This document shows, one piece after another, positions 38,394-47,787 of a stretch of 64,000 nucleotides of DNA. Positions within the stretch are counted from its first letter, which is position 1. Each line of letters opens with the position of its first letter. This DNA is from Burkholderiales bacterium (GTDB taxonomy: Bacteria; Pseudomonadota; Gammaproteobacteria; Burkholderiales; SG8-39), in the NCBI GenBank assembly GCA_027493935.1, contig JAOSJV010000010.1, positions 547,930 through 611,929 on the forward strand, written 5' to 3'. The notes beneath the pieces are model-generated. The model did not search any database and had not been told where the DNA came from. It was given only the letters and a program-made list of their open reading frames with translations. Position numbers and translations under genes: made by a program.

Positions 38394-38547
38394 TAGAACG
38401 TATCTCAAAATGAGAATGCAACCGCGAAAAACGGGATCTACAAGGGGTCGCCCCTTGTCCGTTCCGGGACATACGAGGGGCAATTTGCCCCTTGTTCGTA
38501 CGACCTCAGTTGACGAAGAAGCACGGCCGCGATTCTGAGATGGCTTC
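38394..38547 (+). repeat. Intergenic repeat, copy A (tctB-tctA spacer); partner at 47671..47787 in inverted orientation
   Basis: Manual alignment to the reverse complement of 47671..47787 gives about 113 aligned positions with 16 mismatches, plus a 41-nt segment in copy A where copy B has 4 nt (net 37 nt extra in A). It contains GC-rich hairpins (CAAGGGG-TCG-CCCCTTG and AGGGGCA-ATT-TGCCCCT) and the 10-nt palindrome GTCGTACGAC. Confidence 0.75.
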
Positions 38548-38613
38548 TGGTTGTCGTGCCTGCGGTGTGTCACGGAGCTCCGCCCGCGCGGGCGCCGCCG
38601 CGCAGCGCTCCGG

Positions 38614-39123
38614 TCAGTCGAGTCCGAGCAGCGCCTCGAGCGGCCCCTTCGGCAGCGGCACCAGGAACCAGACCTCGAAGAGCAGGAAGAACACCACGCT
38701 CACGCCGAGCGCGACCGGCACCGTCTTGAACCAGGTGTAGCGTCCGAGCCAAAGCATGAAGAACGCGATGTAGACGGTCGAAGAGACGTAGATGCCGATC
38801 GTGCCGACCCCGACCACGTACAGGATCGACGGCACCAGCATCTTGAACACGAGCAGGATCTGCCCGCGCGAGACGAACATCTCGCGCGCCTTCGCCTTGT
38901 CCCACAGCGCCCGCACGAAGATCACGGCGGTGGCGAGGCAGATGAGCAGCCCGATGTAGAACGGGAAGTAACCCGCCTGCGGGCCCTCGATGCCCCAGCC
39001 CGCGCCGATGCGGTTGCCGTCGTAGGCGGCGATCGCGCCGAGCAGGAAGATCAACGCCGCGACGGCGAGCTCGAGCGTGCGGGTCGACGCGGCGGAACGG
39101 TCGTGCGAGTGCTTGTCGCTCAT
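38614..39123 (-). CDS. tctB: Tripartite tricarboxylate transporter small subunit TctB
   Basis: 169-aa protein with four hydrophobic segments, positioned between tctC and tctA. Confidence 0.8.
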   Translation of the reverse strand: MSDKHSHDRSAASTRTLELAVAALIFLLGAIAAYDGNRIGAGWGIEGPQAGYFPFYIGLLICLATAVIFVRALWDKAKAREMFVSRGQILLVFKMLVPSILYVVGVGTIGIYVSSTVYIAFFMLWLGRYTWFKTVPVALGVSVVFFLLFEVWFLVPLPKGPLEALLGLD

Positions 39124-39196
39124 GCAGGATGGTCCGCAAGCCGCGGAGCGGGCATCGGCGCCCGCCGCGCGGCCCGGGGAAGATCGCTGTGGCCCG

Positions 39197-40202
39197 CTAC
39201 TTGCTGGCGGCGAGGAACCCCGCCTCCTTCATGAGCTGCATGTGGCGCTGCTCCTCCTTCGCCACCCAATTCTTGTACTGGTCGCCGACCATGGTGGTCT
39301 GGTTGAACGCGCCTTTCTCCATGAATTCCTTCCACTCGGGCAGGCCGCGCACCTTCTCGAGCAGGTCGGAGTAGTACTTGACCTGGTCCGCGGTGACGCC
39401 GCCGGCCATGAAGATGCCGCGCAGCATCAGATAGTCCATGTCGACCCCGGCCTCTTTGCAGGTCGGGATGTCGCTCCAGGCCGAGTCGCCGGCGACCTTG
39501 CCCTTGTAGATCAGCCGCTCGTTGTCGAACACGCAGAGCGGCCGCACCTTGCCGGCGCGCCAGTTGGCCACCGCCTCGATCGGGTTGTTGACCGTCGAGT
39601 CGACGTGCTTGCCGACGAGCTGCGTGTTGACCGCACCACCGCCCTTGAACGGGATGTAGGTGAACTTGGCGCCGCTCTGCTTCTCCAGCGCCACGGTGAT
39701 GATCTGGTCTTCCTGCTTGGAGCCGGTGCCGCCCATCTTGAACTTGCCGGGTCCGGCCGCCTTCGCCGCCGCGACGTACTCCTTCGCGGTCTTGTACGGC
39801 GTCTCGGCATTGACCCACAGCACGAACTGGTCGAGCGCCATCATCCGGACCGGCGTCAGGTCCTTCCAGTTGAACGGCACGCCGGTCGCTAACGGGGTAG
39901 TGAAAAGGTTCGAGAGGGTGATGATGATCTTGTGCGGGTCCCCCTTCGCGCCCCTTCACCTCGAGGAAACCCTCGGCGCCGGCGCCGCCGCCCTTGTTGA
40001 TGACCACCATCGACTGCTTCATCAGGTTGTGCTTCTGCACCAGACCCTGGATCAGGCGTGCCATCTGGTCGGCGCCGCCGCCGGTGCCGGCAGGAACGAT
40101 GAACTCGACGGTCTTGGTCGGCTCCCAGGCCATCGCCGGGCTGCCCGCGAGCGCGAGCGCGGCTGAAAGCGCGGCCGCCCTTAGAATCAGTCTGCGTTGC
40201 AT
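39197..40202 (-). pseudogene. tctC: Tripartite tricarboxylate transporter substrate-binding protein TctC (Bug family); frameshift in the C4 run 39951..39954
   Basis: Start at ATG 40202 (GGAGGAG upstream; signal peptide MQRRLILRAAALSAALALAGSPAMA). The sequence EFIVPAGTGGGADQMAR ... FLEVKG then continues in ORF 39197..39880 (AKGDPHKIIITLSNLF..., GGTGSKQEDQI, FKGGGAV). Confidence 0.85.
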
Positions 40203-40329
40203 ATGCTCCTCCACCTTTTGGTCGATTGGACGGGCTGCGGCCAGTCTGCCCGGTTGCCGGGGTCGGACACCGAAAGCCCCACAGCCTTCCCGGCCATGGA
40301 ATTGTGGGCCAGAACCCGATCTTGCGCCG

Positions 40330-40343
40330 TTGACCCCGGTCAA
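40330..40343. promoter_or_regulatory. Crp/Fnr-type box TTGAC-CCCG-GTCAA upstream of tctCBA
   Basis: Perfect half-sites. The centre is about 134 nt upstream of the tctC ATG, in the usp-tctC spacer. Confidence 0.5.
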
Positions 40344-40372
40344 CAATTGCCGGCCGGCCCGTACGGCGACGC

Positions 40373-40816
40373 TTACCGGTGCACCAGCACTGGGACGTCG
40401 GCGTGGGTCAGCACCTTCTGGGTCTCGCTGCCGAGCAGCACCGCCGAGACGCCGCGGCGGCCGTGCGAGGCCATGTAGATCAGGTCGCACCTGCGCTTCT
40501 TCGCGATCTTGAGTATCGCGTCGGCCGGAAAGTCGTTCGTCACGCTCACGGTCTCGCACGGGACCCGGGCCTTCTCGGCCGCCCGCTGGATGATCGACAG
40601 GTACTGCTCGGCCGTGCGCTCGATCTGCTTCGCGTGCGCTTGCGGGGTCATGTAGCCGACCGGCAGGAAGTGCCGGTACACGATCGGCGTTGCGGTCGGG
40701 GCCGCGAACAGCCCGGTGACGCGCGCGCCGATCGCCTTGGCGAGCGCGACGCCGCCGGCGATCGCGCGGCGCGAGAGGTCGGACCCGTCGGTCGGGATGA
40801 GGATGTGCTTGAACAT
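40373..40816 (-). CDS. Universal stress protein (UspA family)
   Basis: Start at ATG 40816 ([15 protein letters not shown] ...). The C-terminus reads GSHGRRG-like ([22 protein letters not shown]). 147 aa. Confidence 0.85.
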   Translation of the reverse strand: MFKHILIPTDGSDLSRRAIAGGVALAKAIGARVTGLFAAPTATPIVYRHFLPVGYMTPQAHAKQIERTAEQYLSIIQRAAEKARVPCETVSVTNDFPADAILKIAKKRRCDLIYMASHGRRGVSAVLLGSETQKVLTHADVPVLVHR

Positions 40817-40827
40817 GGCGGATGCGC

Positions 40828-42141
40828 CTATTTCACGTACGGCAGGACCCAGATCAGCATGCCGAGGACGTAGCACACGGCGGCCGCGACCAGTGTGAAG
40901 GGTACGCTCCAGGCGAGAAACTCGCGCAGCGACACCTTGCGGCTCTCCTCTCGCTCGCAGATGTTCAGCGCCACGTACAGCGCAGGCGCACCGGCCACCG
41001 TCAGGTTGCTGCCGAGCGTCCCCGACCACACCAGCATCCACCACAACGGCCAGGGCGGCACGCCGGCGGATTCGAGATCGCGGATCGTGTAGAGGAAGGT
41101 GAGGATGTAGGCGTCGTGCTCGACGATGCCGACGATCGGCACGGTCACCCAGTAGAGCAGCGTCGCCCCGAGCGCCAGGTTCTCGCGGAACAGCGGAATG
41201 AGCAGGTGCGCGAGATCCTCCAGGATCTTCATCTTCTCCAGCCCGCCCACCAGCGCGAACAGCGCCACGTAGAAGAACACGGCGCGCCAGTCGAGCTCCT
41301 GGATGATCTCCTCGAAGCTCGGCGACTTGACCCGCTCGCCGGCGAGCTCGAGCACGAGCACCAGCGTCACAGCACCGGTGAGGGCGATGAAGCCGAGCTT
41401 CACGTCGAGCGCCTCGCGGAACGCCATGCCGACCACGGTGAGCAGGAACCACGCGACGACGATCCCGGCGAACACCGGATCGGGGATGTTCGATGCGATG
41501 TCCGCCTGCGCGGCGCCGAGCGAGCGCCGCTTGCCGCGGAAGCCGTACGCATACATCGCACCGAGCGTGATCGCGAACGTGACCATCAGTATCGGGAACG
41601 ACGACGGCCGGCCGAACTGCCAGATGAAATCCATGAACTCCGCGCCGGACACGCTGTGCAGCATCTGCGGCGGCAGGTCGCCGAGCAGGAGCGCGGTGCC
41701 CATGAAGTTCGCGCTGAACCCGATCATCAGGATCACCGGCGTAAGCGGCAGCCGCATCGCGCGGGCGAGTGGAATCGCCACCGGCGCCAGCATCAGGATG
41801 GTGACGACGTTGTCGACGAACATCGAGATCACGCCGGCCAGGACCGAGAGCACCATCACCAGCAGGCCCGGGTGCCCGCCCGACAGGCGCAGCGCCTGCA
41901 CCGAGAGCCAGCCCGGCAGGCCGGTCTTGCCGAAGTAGCCGGCGATGATCCAGATGCTCACCAGGATCGCCATCACGTTCCAGTCGACGAAGCCGAAGGC
42001 GTCGACCTCGGTCATCACGCCGATCCAGATCATCACGGCGACGCCGGTCAGCGCCGCCACGGTGCTGTCGATCTTGTTGCTGATCACCACGATGATCGTG
42101 ATGACGAACACGGTGAGCGCGGCCCACGCCATCGGTTCCAT
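40828..42141 (-). CDS. ArsB/NhaD-superfamily (CitMHS/SLC13-like) anion permease
   Basis: Start at ATG 42141 (MEPMAWAAL), with AAGGAG 10 nt upstream. It is a polytopic membrane protein of about 437 aa. The substrate cannot be read from the sequence. Confidence 0.7.
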   Translation of the reverse strand: MEPMAWAALTVFVITIIVVISNKIDSTVAALTGVAVMIWIGVMTEVDAFGFVDWNVMAILVSIWIIAGYFGKTGLPGWLSVQALRLSGGHPGLLVMVLSVLAGVISMFVDNVVTILMLAPVAIPLARAMRLPLTPVILMIGFSANFMGTALLLGDLPPQMLHSVSGAEFMDFIWQFGRPSSFPILMVTFAITLGAMYAYGFRGKRRSLGAAQADIASNIPDPVFAGIVVAWFLLTVVGMAFREALDVKLGFIALTGAVTLVLVLELAGERVKSPSFEEIIQELDWRAVFFYVALFALVGGLEKMKILEDLAHLLIPLFRENLALGATLLYWVTVPIVGIVEHDAYILTFLYTIRDLESAGVPPWPLWWMLVWSGTLGSNLTVAGAPALYVALNICEREESRKVSLREFLAWSVPFTLVAAAVCYVLGMLIWVLPYVK

Positions 42142-42246
42142 CGCCTGCCGATCTCCTTTTGCGTTCCGTCTGCGCACGCCGCGGCCACGCGGCGGGCGCC
42201 GGGCCTCGCTTTCCGTTTCGGCCGCGCGGCGGTCGCGCGCGCGCGG

Positions 42247-43921
42247 TCAGAACAGTCCGATCACCTTGCCGTCGACGAGATCGATTTTCTCCGCCCCCGG
42301 CGCCTTCGGCAAACCCGGCATCGTCATGATGTCCCCGCACACCATCACGACGAACTCTGCGCCGGCCGCAAGCCGCACTTCGCGTACGTTGATCGAGTGA
42401 CCTTCGGGAGCGCCGCGCAGCTGGGCGTCGGTCGAGAACGAGTACTGCGTCTTCGCGATACATACCGGGTAGCGCCCGTAGCCGCCGTCCTGCAGCCTCC
42501 TGATCTGCGCGCGCACCTTGGTGTCGGCGGTGACTTCCGAGGCGCGGTAGACCGTCCGCGCGATCTTGCCGACCTTGTCCCAGAGCGGGTCGGCGTCCTC
42601 GTAGACGAACTTGACCGCGGTCTTGCGCTGCTCGCACAGACCGACCACCCTGCGCGCGAGATCGGCCGCGCCCTCGCCGCCATTCGCCCAGTGCGAGGCG
42701 AGCTCGACCGGCACGCCGAGCTTGGCCATGCGCGACCTGACCAGGTCGATCTCGGCCGCAGTGTCGCTCGTGAACTGGTTGACCGCGACCACGCACGGAA
42801 TGCCGAAGTTCTTCTGCACGTTCTCGACGTGCCGCTCGAGGTTGACGATGCCCTTGCCGAGCGCCTCGACGTTCTCCGCGGTGAGCGACTTCACGTCGAC
42901 GCCGCCGTGGTACTTCAGCGCCCGCACTGTGGCGACGATCACCGCCGCATTCGGCCGCAGGCCGGACTTGCGGCACTTGATGTCGAAGGAACTTCTCGGC
43001 GCCGAGATCGGCGCCGAAGCCGGCCTCGGTGACCACGTAGTCGGCGAGCTTGAGCGCGCTCTGCGTCGCGATCACCGAGTTGCAGCCGTGCGCGATGTTG
43101 GCGAACGGGCCGCCGTGGACGAACGCCGGGTTGTTCTCGAGCGTCTGCACCAGGTTGGGCTGGAGCGCGTCCTTCAACAGCACGGTCATCGCGCCGTCGG
43201 CCTTGAGCTCGCGCGCGGTCACCGGCTTCTGGTCGCGCGTATAGCCGACCACGATGTTGCCCAGGCGCTTCTTGAGATCATCGGCCGAGGTCGCGAGGCA
43301 GAAGATCGCCATCACCTCGGAGGCGACCACGATGTCGAAGCCGTCCTCGCGCGGAAGGCCGTTCGCCGTGCCGCCGAGGGCGATCACGATGTGACGCAGC
43401 GCCCGGTCGTTCATGTCGAGCACGCGCCGCCACTGGATCTGGCGCGGGTCGACGCCGAGCGCGTTGCCGTGGTGGATGTGGTTGTCGAGCATCGCCGCGA
43501 GCAGGTTGTTGGCGAGCTGGATCGCGCCGAAATCGCCGGTGAAATGGAGGTTGATGTCCTCCATCGGGACCACCTGGGCATGACCGCCCCCCGCGGCGCC
43601 GCCCTTCATGCCGAACACCGGGCCGAGCGAGGGCTCGCGCAGGCAGATCATCGCCCGCTTGCCGATCCGGTTCAACGCATCGCCGAGCCCGACGGTCGTG
43701 GTCGTCTTGCCCTCGCCGGCGGGCGTCGGCGTCATCGCGGTGACCAGGATGAGCTTGGCATCGGGCCGGCGCTGGAGGGTATCCAGATACCCGAGCGACA
43801 CCTTCGCCTTGTAGTGCCCGTAGGGCTCGAGGTGCTCCTCCGCGATGCCGAGCTTCTCGAGCGCAACCCTGGAGATGCGCTGGAGCTTCGCCGCCTGGGC
43901 GATCTCGATGTCCGATGGCAT
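42247..43921 (-). pseudogene. fhs: Formate--tetrahydrofolate ligase; frameshift at about 42988
   Basis: Start at ATG 43921 ([14 protein letters not shown] ... [16 protein letters not shown] ... [11 protein letters not shown]). It then continues in ORF 42247..42942 ([29 protein letters not shown]...). There is one extra base in AAGTTC(C)TTCGAC. Confidence 0.9.
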
Positions 43922-43977
43922 GGCTTTCTCCCCGATTGCGTGGCCGACACTATAGGTGTCCGGCGCGCGCGGCCACA

Positions 43978-43991
43978 TTGACGGCGGTCAA
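43978..43991. promoter_or_regulatory. Crp/Fnr-type box TTGAC-GGCG-GTCAA upstream of fhs
   Basis: Perfect half-sites. The centre is about 63 nt upstream of the fhs ATG. Confidence 0.55.
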
Positions 43992-44345
43992 GAGGCTCGC
44001 GTGCCCGATCGTCGGCGCTCGAACAGCCGGTGCGCATCGGAATAGCACAGCGCGTCGCGCTGGAACGACGCGTAGGCGCCGCAGTGCGCGAGCGCGCGCG
44101 CAATCCCGTCAACGCGCCGACCATCTCCGCCGGCGGCAGTCTCTCGCGGTCGGGATAGCCGAGCGAGCAGGCGACCCGCACGCGAGAAGTCGCGAGCGCG
44201 CCGAAGCTTTCCACCTCGACGACGCGCGCGCTCGCCGCATCCCAGACGCTGCCGACCACCAGATTGCGCGGGTCCTGATGCAGCTCGCGCCGCCGCCCGA
44301 CCCCATTTCCCCTGTGCCGCCTCGTCCACCGATCGGTCCTTGCCT

Positions 44346-45641
44346 TCAGCCGGTCCGGAACTGCGGGAGCGCCGAGCGGCCGGCGTAGCGCGCCGCACCA
44401 CCGAGCGTCTCCTCGATGCGTACGCATTCGTTCCATTTCGCCATTCGCTCCGAGCGCGCGAACGAACCCACCTTGAGCTGGCCCGCATCCCAGCCCACGG
44501 CCAGATGGGCGATGGTGGTGTCCTCGGTCTCGCCCGAGCGCGCCGACACGATCGTGCCCCAGCCAGCGCGCTTGCCCGCCGCGAGCGCCGCGTGCGCCTC
44601 GGTGAGCGTCCCGGCCTGGTTGGGCTTGACGAGCACCGCATTGCACGCGCCGGCGGCGGCAGCCGCTTCGACGCGCACGGCCCTCGTGACCAGGAAGTCG
44701 TCGCCGATCACCTGCACACGGTGCCCGACCGCGCGCGTGAACCGCGCGAAGCCGCGCTCGTCGTCCTCGGCGAGCGGGTCCTCGATCGAGACGATCGGAT
44801 AGCGCTCCAGCCAGCCGATCAGGAGCTCGCTCATCGCGTCGCTGTCTAGCTCGCGCGCCTCGAGCCCGAGCCGGTAGCGTCCCTCCCCGCCGAGCTCGGA
44901 CGCGGCGACGTCGAGCGAGATCGCGACCTGCTCGCCGGGCGCGAAGCCGGCTCGCTCGATCGAGCGCACCAGCATCTCGAGCGCCGCCGCGTTCGAGTCG
45001 AACGCCGGCCACCAGCCGCCCTCGTCGGCGATGCCCGCGCGCGCGCCCGCCTCGCCCATGAGCTCGCCGGCGGCGCGATACACCTCCGCGCACATCGCGA
45101 GCGCCTCGCCGAAGCTCGTCGCTGCGAGCGGCATCACCATCAGGTCCTGAATGTCGATGCGGCGCCCGGCGTGCGCACCGCCGCCAAAGATCTGGATCTC
45201 CGGCAGCGGCAGGCTCACCGGGCCGTCGCCGGCGAGATAGCGGTAGAGCGGCACTCGCTCGGCGGCGGCGGCCGCGTGCGCGCACGCCATCGAGGTCGCG
45301 ACCAGCGCATTGCCACCGAGCTTCGCGCGTGCCGGCGTCCCGTCCAGCCCGACCAGGATCCGGTCGACGTCGGCCTGGCGCCGCGCATCGACGCCGGCGA
45401 GCGCGTGCGCGATCGGCCCGTTCACGTTCGCCACTGCGCGGCCGACGTCGAGCCCGCCGTGCCGCGTGCCGCCGTCGCGCAGATCGACCGCCTCGCGCGA
45501 GCCGCGCGAGGCGCCCGCAGGAGCCGCCGCGCGGCCCGACGCGCCGCCGGCCGTGTGCACCTCCACCTCCACCGTCGGGCGCCCGCGCGAATCCCAGATC
45601 CGCCGCCCGTGCACGCGCGTGATCGTGCCGTCGGTCATCAT
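44346..45641 (-). CDS. Enolase-family protein (divergent phosphopyruvate-hydratase paralog)
   Basis: 431 aa with IWDSRGRPTVEVEV, APAGASRGSREAVDLRDG, KPNQAGTLTE and SARSGETED. The start ATG overlaps the stop codon of the upstream kinase gene (ATGATGA). Confidence 0.8.
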   Translation of the reverse strand: MMTDGTITRVHGRRIWDSRGRPTVEVEVHTAGGASGRAAAPAGASRGSREAVDLRDGGTRHGGLDVGRAVANVNGPIAHALAGVDARRQADVDRILVGLDGTPARAKLGGNALVATSMACAHAAAAAERVPLYRYLAGDGPVSLPLPEIQIFGGGAHAGRRIDIQDLMVMPLAATSFGEALAMCAEVYRAAGELMGEAGARAGIADEGGWWPAFDSNAAALEMLVRSIERAGFAPGEQVAISLDVAASELGGEGRYRLGLEARELDSDAMSELLIGWLERYPIVSIEDPLAEDDERGFARFTRAVGHRVQVIGDDFLVTRAVRVEAAAAAGACNAVLVKPNQAGTLTEAHAALAAGKRAGWGTIVSARSGETEDTTIAHLAVGWDAGQLKVGSFARSERMAKWNECVRIEETLGGAARYAGRSALPQFRTG

Positions 45642-46702
45642 GCGAGCGCCCTCCGCCAGACGTCGGCGACGTCCGCCAGCGCGGCCGCAGGCTGCGCCAG
45701 CAGCAGCCTCGCCGCGCGCCGCACCCGCGCCTTGTCGCGCTGGTCGGTCACGTACTCCGCCGGCGACTTGCCGTCGACGCGTCCGAGGAAGAGCCCGGGG
45801 AGCAGGCGTGCGGTGCGCGCCTCCATCGCCGCGCGCGGCTCCCAGGCCACGCCGTCGAGGTACGCGCGGGCGAGCGACGCGAAGCATTCGAGGTAGCGCT
45901 CGCGCCATTGCGGGCGCCACAAGCACTTCAGGAGCAGGTGGTTCAGGCAGAACGCGAGGTCGAACGCGGGATCGCCGTACACCGCGCATTCGGCGTCGAG
46001 GAACACCGGGCCGCGCGGTCCGGCGAGGATGTTCTTCGGGCTGACGTCGCCGTGCACCAGCACGAGCTTGTTCGATCGCGTGACCTCGACCAGGGCAAGC
46101 AGCGCATCACGCACGTCCGCGTGCGCCGCCGCGGTGGCGACGAGATACGCCTCGAGCCGGATCGGGTAGAAGATGTGGTCGTTCGCGAAGCGCGCGGCGA
46201 GCGCGTCGCGCCGCGCCGTCGCGGCATGGATGCGCGCGAGGCGTCCGCCGACCTCGGCCGCGAAGGCCGCGTCGACGCGCCCGTCGCGCAGCTCGGCCTT
46301 CCACACCGGATACCGCTCCGGCGGCAGGTACTCCATCGCGAAGAGCCCCGCCACGCGGTCCTCGGCGAGCAGCCGCGGCACCGCGTCGGGCACGATCGCC
46401 CCGGCGACCCGCATCCACTCGGCCTCGGCGTGGTTGCGCTCGACCGGCGCGCGCCATTCGGCCGCGACCTTCAGCTTCGCGAGCGCACGCTTGACGCAGA
46501 ACGTTCGGCCGCCCGCATCGACCCGCACGATGTCGGAGGAGACGCCGCCAGCGAGCGCCTCGACCAGGCGCGGCGCACCGGCCTGCACCAGCCCGAGCCG
46601 GTCGAGCGACGCCTCGAGCGGGGTCGCGACGGTCTCCACCGCGGATGCGTCCGCTGCCGGCTCACGCCGCCGCGCGGTCCTCCTCCTTCTGCTGCAGGGC
46701 AA
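45638..46702 (-). CDS. APH/MtnK-like phosphotransferase (kinase); start uncertain
   Basis: It has a Brenner-type catalytic loop LVHGDVSPKNIL and a DAE..YGDPAFDLAF segment. The longest ORF overlaps the PhyH gene by 41 nt. An alternative GTG lies near 46639. Confidence 0.7.
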   Translation of the reverse strand: MPCSRRRRTARRREPAADASAVETVATPLEASLDRLGLVQAGAPRLVEALAGGVSSDIVRVDAGGRTFCVKRALAKLKVAAEWRAPVERNHAEAEWMRVAGAIVPDAVPRLLAEDRVAGLFAMEYLPPERYPVWKAELRDGRVDAAFAAEVGGRLARIHAATARRDALAARFANDHIFYPIRLEAYLVATAAAHADVRDALLALVEVTRSNKLVLVHGDVSPKNILAGPRGPVFLDAECAVYGDPAFDLAFCLNHLLLKCLWRPQWRERYLECFASLARAYLDGVAWEPRAAMEARTARLLPGLFLGRVDGKSPAEYVTDQRDKARVRRAARLLLAQPAAALADVADVWRRALA

Positions 46703-47564
46703 AGATCGACGTGTAGCCGCCCGACCAGTCCGGCGGGAGCAGGCACGGCCGCGCGTCGTGGTGCGCCCACTCCGCGCGCTTGCCGCGGATGATCGCCTGG
46801 TCCTTCGAGGAGCGGATCGGGTTCGCGGTGTACGGGAACGCGTCGGCCGAGCTGAGCGTGTAGAGGAGCAGCGGTCGGCCGAGGTCCGACAGGTTGCGCG
46901 CCGAGTAGTGCAGCGTGCGGCAGTTGTGCAACGTGAGCGAGCCCGCCGGCCCCGGCAGCGCCACCGCTTTCCACGTGTCGAGCCTCGCGGCGTCCTCGGC
47001 GCGCAGGCAGCCGATCCAGCGCCCGTCGCGATCGTACTGCGTCGGCATCGGCTCGACGAGGTGGCTCTTCGGCAGCACCTGCAGCGGCCCCTGGTCCATG
47101 TCGCAGTCGTAGATGTAGGTGCCGACGGTGATCGGCGAGTAGTTCGTGTGCGGCCAGAACGAGATGTCGTAGTGCCACTTCACCTCCTCGCCGCCCTGCG
47201 CCCACTTGAAGTTGAGCTTCGAGTGGTGGAACTTGACGTCGGGCCCGACCAGATCGGCCACGATATCGCCGATGGTCGACTGCGTAACGTAGTCCCAGTA
47301 GGCCGGATGCTGGTCGACCGGTGCCGACACCCGGCGCAGCCGCGGCGCGTCGGGCCGGTGGCCGGGCTCGAGGTCCCAGACGGCGTCGGACTTCGTCACC
47401 CTGCGGCTGCGCTCGACGAGCTCGTCAGTCGCCGCGCGCAGGCGCCCGATCCACTCCTCCGGCAGGATCTTCTCGAGCAGCAGGTAGCCCTCGGCGAAAT
47501 AGAACTCCCGCTGCGCCTGGGTCAGCACCCGGGGCGGATGGGACAGCACTTGCTCGGGCGTCAT
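46662..47564 (-). CDS. Phytanoyl-CoA dioxygenase (PhyH) family Fe(II)/2-oxoglutarate oxygenase
   Basis: Start at ATG 47564 (MTPEQVLSH). PhyH-like features are FYFAEGYLLLEKILP, WHYDISFWPH and a distal His (HNCRTLHYS). Confidence 0.75.
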   Translation of the reverse strand: MTPEQVLSHPPRVLTQAQREFYFAEGYLLLEKILPEEWIGRLRAATDELVERSRRVTKSDAVWDLEPGHRPDAPRLRRVSAPVDQHPAYWDYVTQSTIGDIVADLVGPDVKFHHSKLNFKWAQGGEEVKWHYDISFWPHTNYSPITVGTYIYDCDMDQGPLQVLPKSHLVEPMPTQYDRDGRWIGCLRAEDAARLDTWKAVALPGPAGSLTLHNCRTLHYSARNLSDLGRPLLLYTLSSADAFPYTANPIRSSKDQAIIRGKRAEWAHHDARPCLLPPDWSGGYTSIFALQQKEEDRAAA

Positions 47565-47670
47565 GTCGTGCCTCCTTGCGTTGGCGTTGTGTGCCTGCGC
47601 GCCAGCCGCCACGCTGGCGTGGCGCGCCCGGTCCTGCGAATCCGCCGCTGCCGATGGCTAGATCCAGCTG

Positions 47671-47787
47671 GAAGCTAGCTCAGAAGCGCGGCCGTGCTTG
47701 TGCGTGAACTGGGGTCGTACGAACAAGGGGCGAGCCCTTGCAAATCCCCTCTTTCGCGGTGGCATTCTCGTCTCGAGATAGGTTCTA
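47671..47787 (-). repeat. Intergenic repeat, copy B (DUF1638-PhyH spacer), inverted relative to copy A at 38394..38547
   Basis: See copy A. The repeat starts at the TAG stop codon of the DUF1638 gene (47785..47787). Confidence 0.75.

Noticed and set aside
38410-38538. 42-codon ATG ORF inside repeat copy A
   Set aside because: The 37-nt length difference between the two repeat copies changes the frame, and copy B would encode an unrelated peptide. The conservation is therefore at nucleotide or structure level, not protein level.
40373-43978. 1201-aa track ORF spanning usp, the permease and fhs
   Set aside because: Only its two ends are real coding sequence (fhs N-terminus, Usp). The middle is an Arg/Gly/Asp-rich wrong-frame read of the fhs 3' half and the permease gene. 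The same applies to the 1143-aa ORF 48547..51978, which joins the RACo N-terminus to MetV-MetF.
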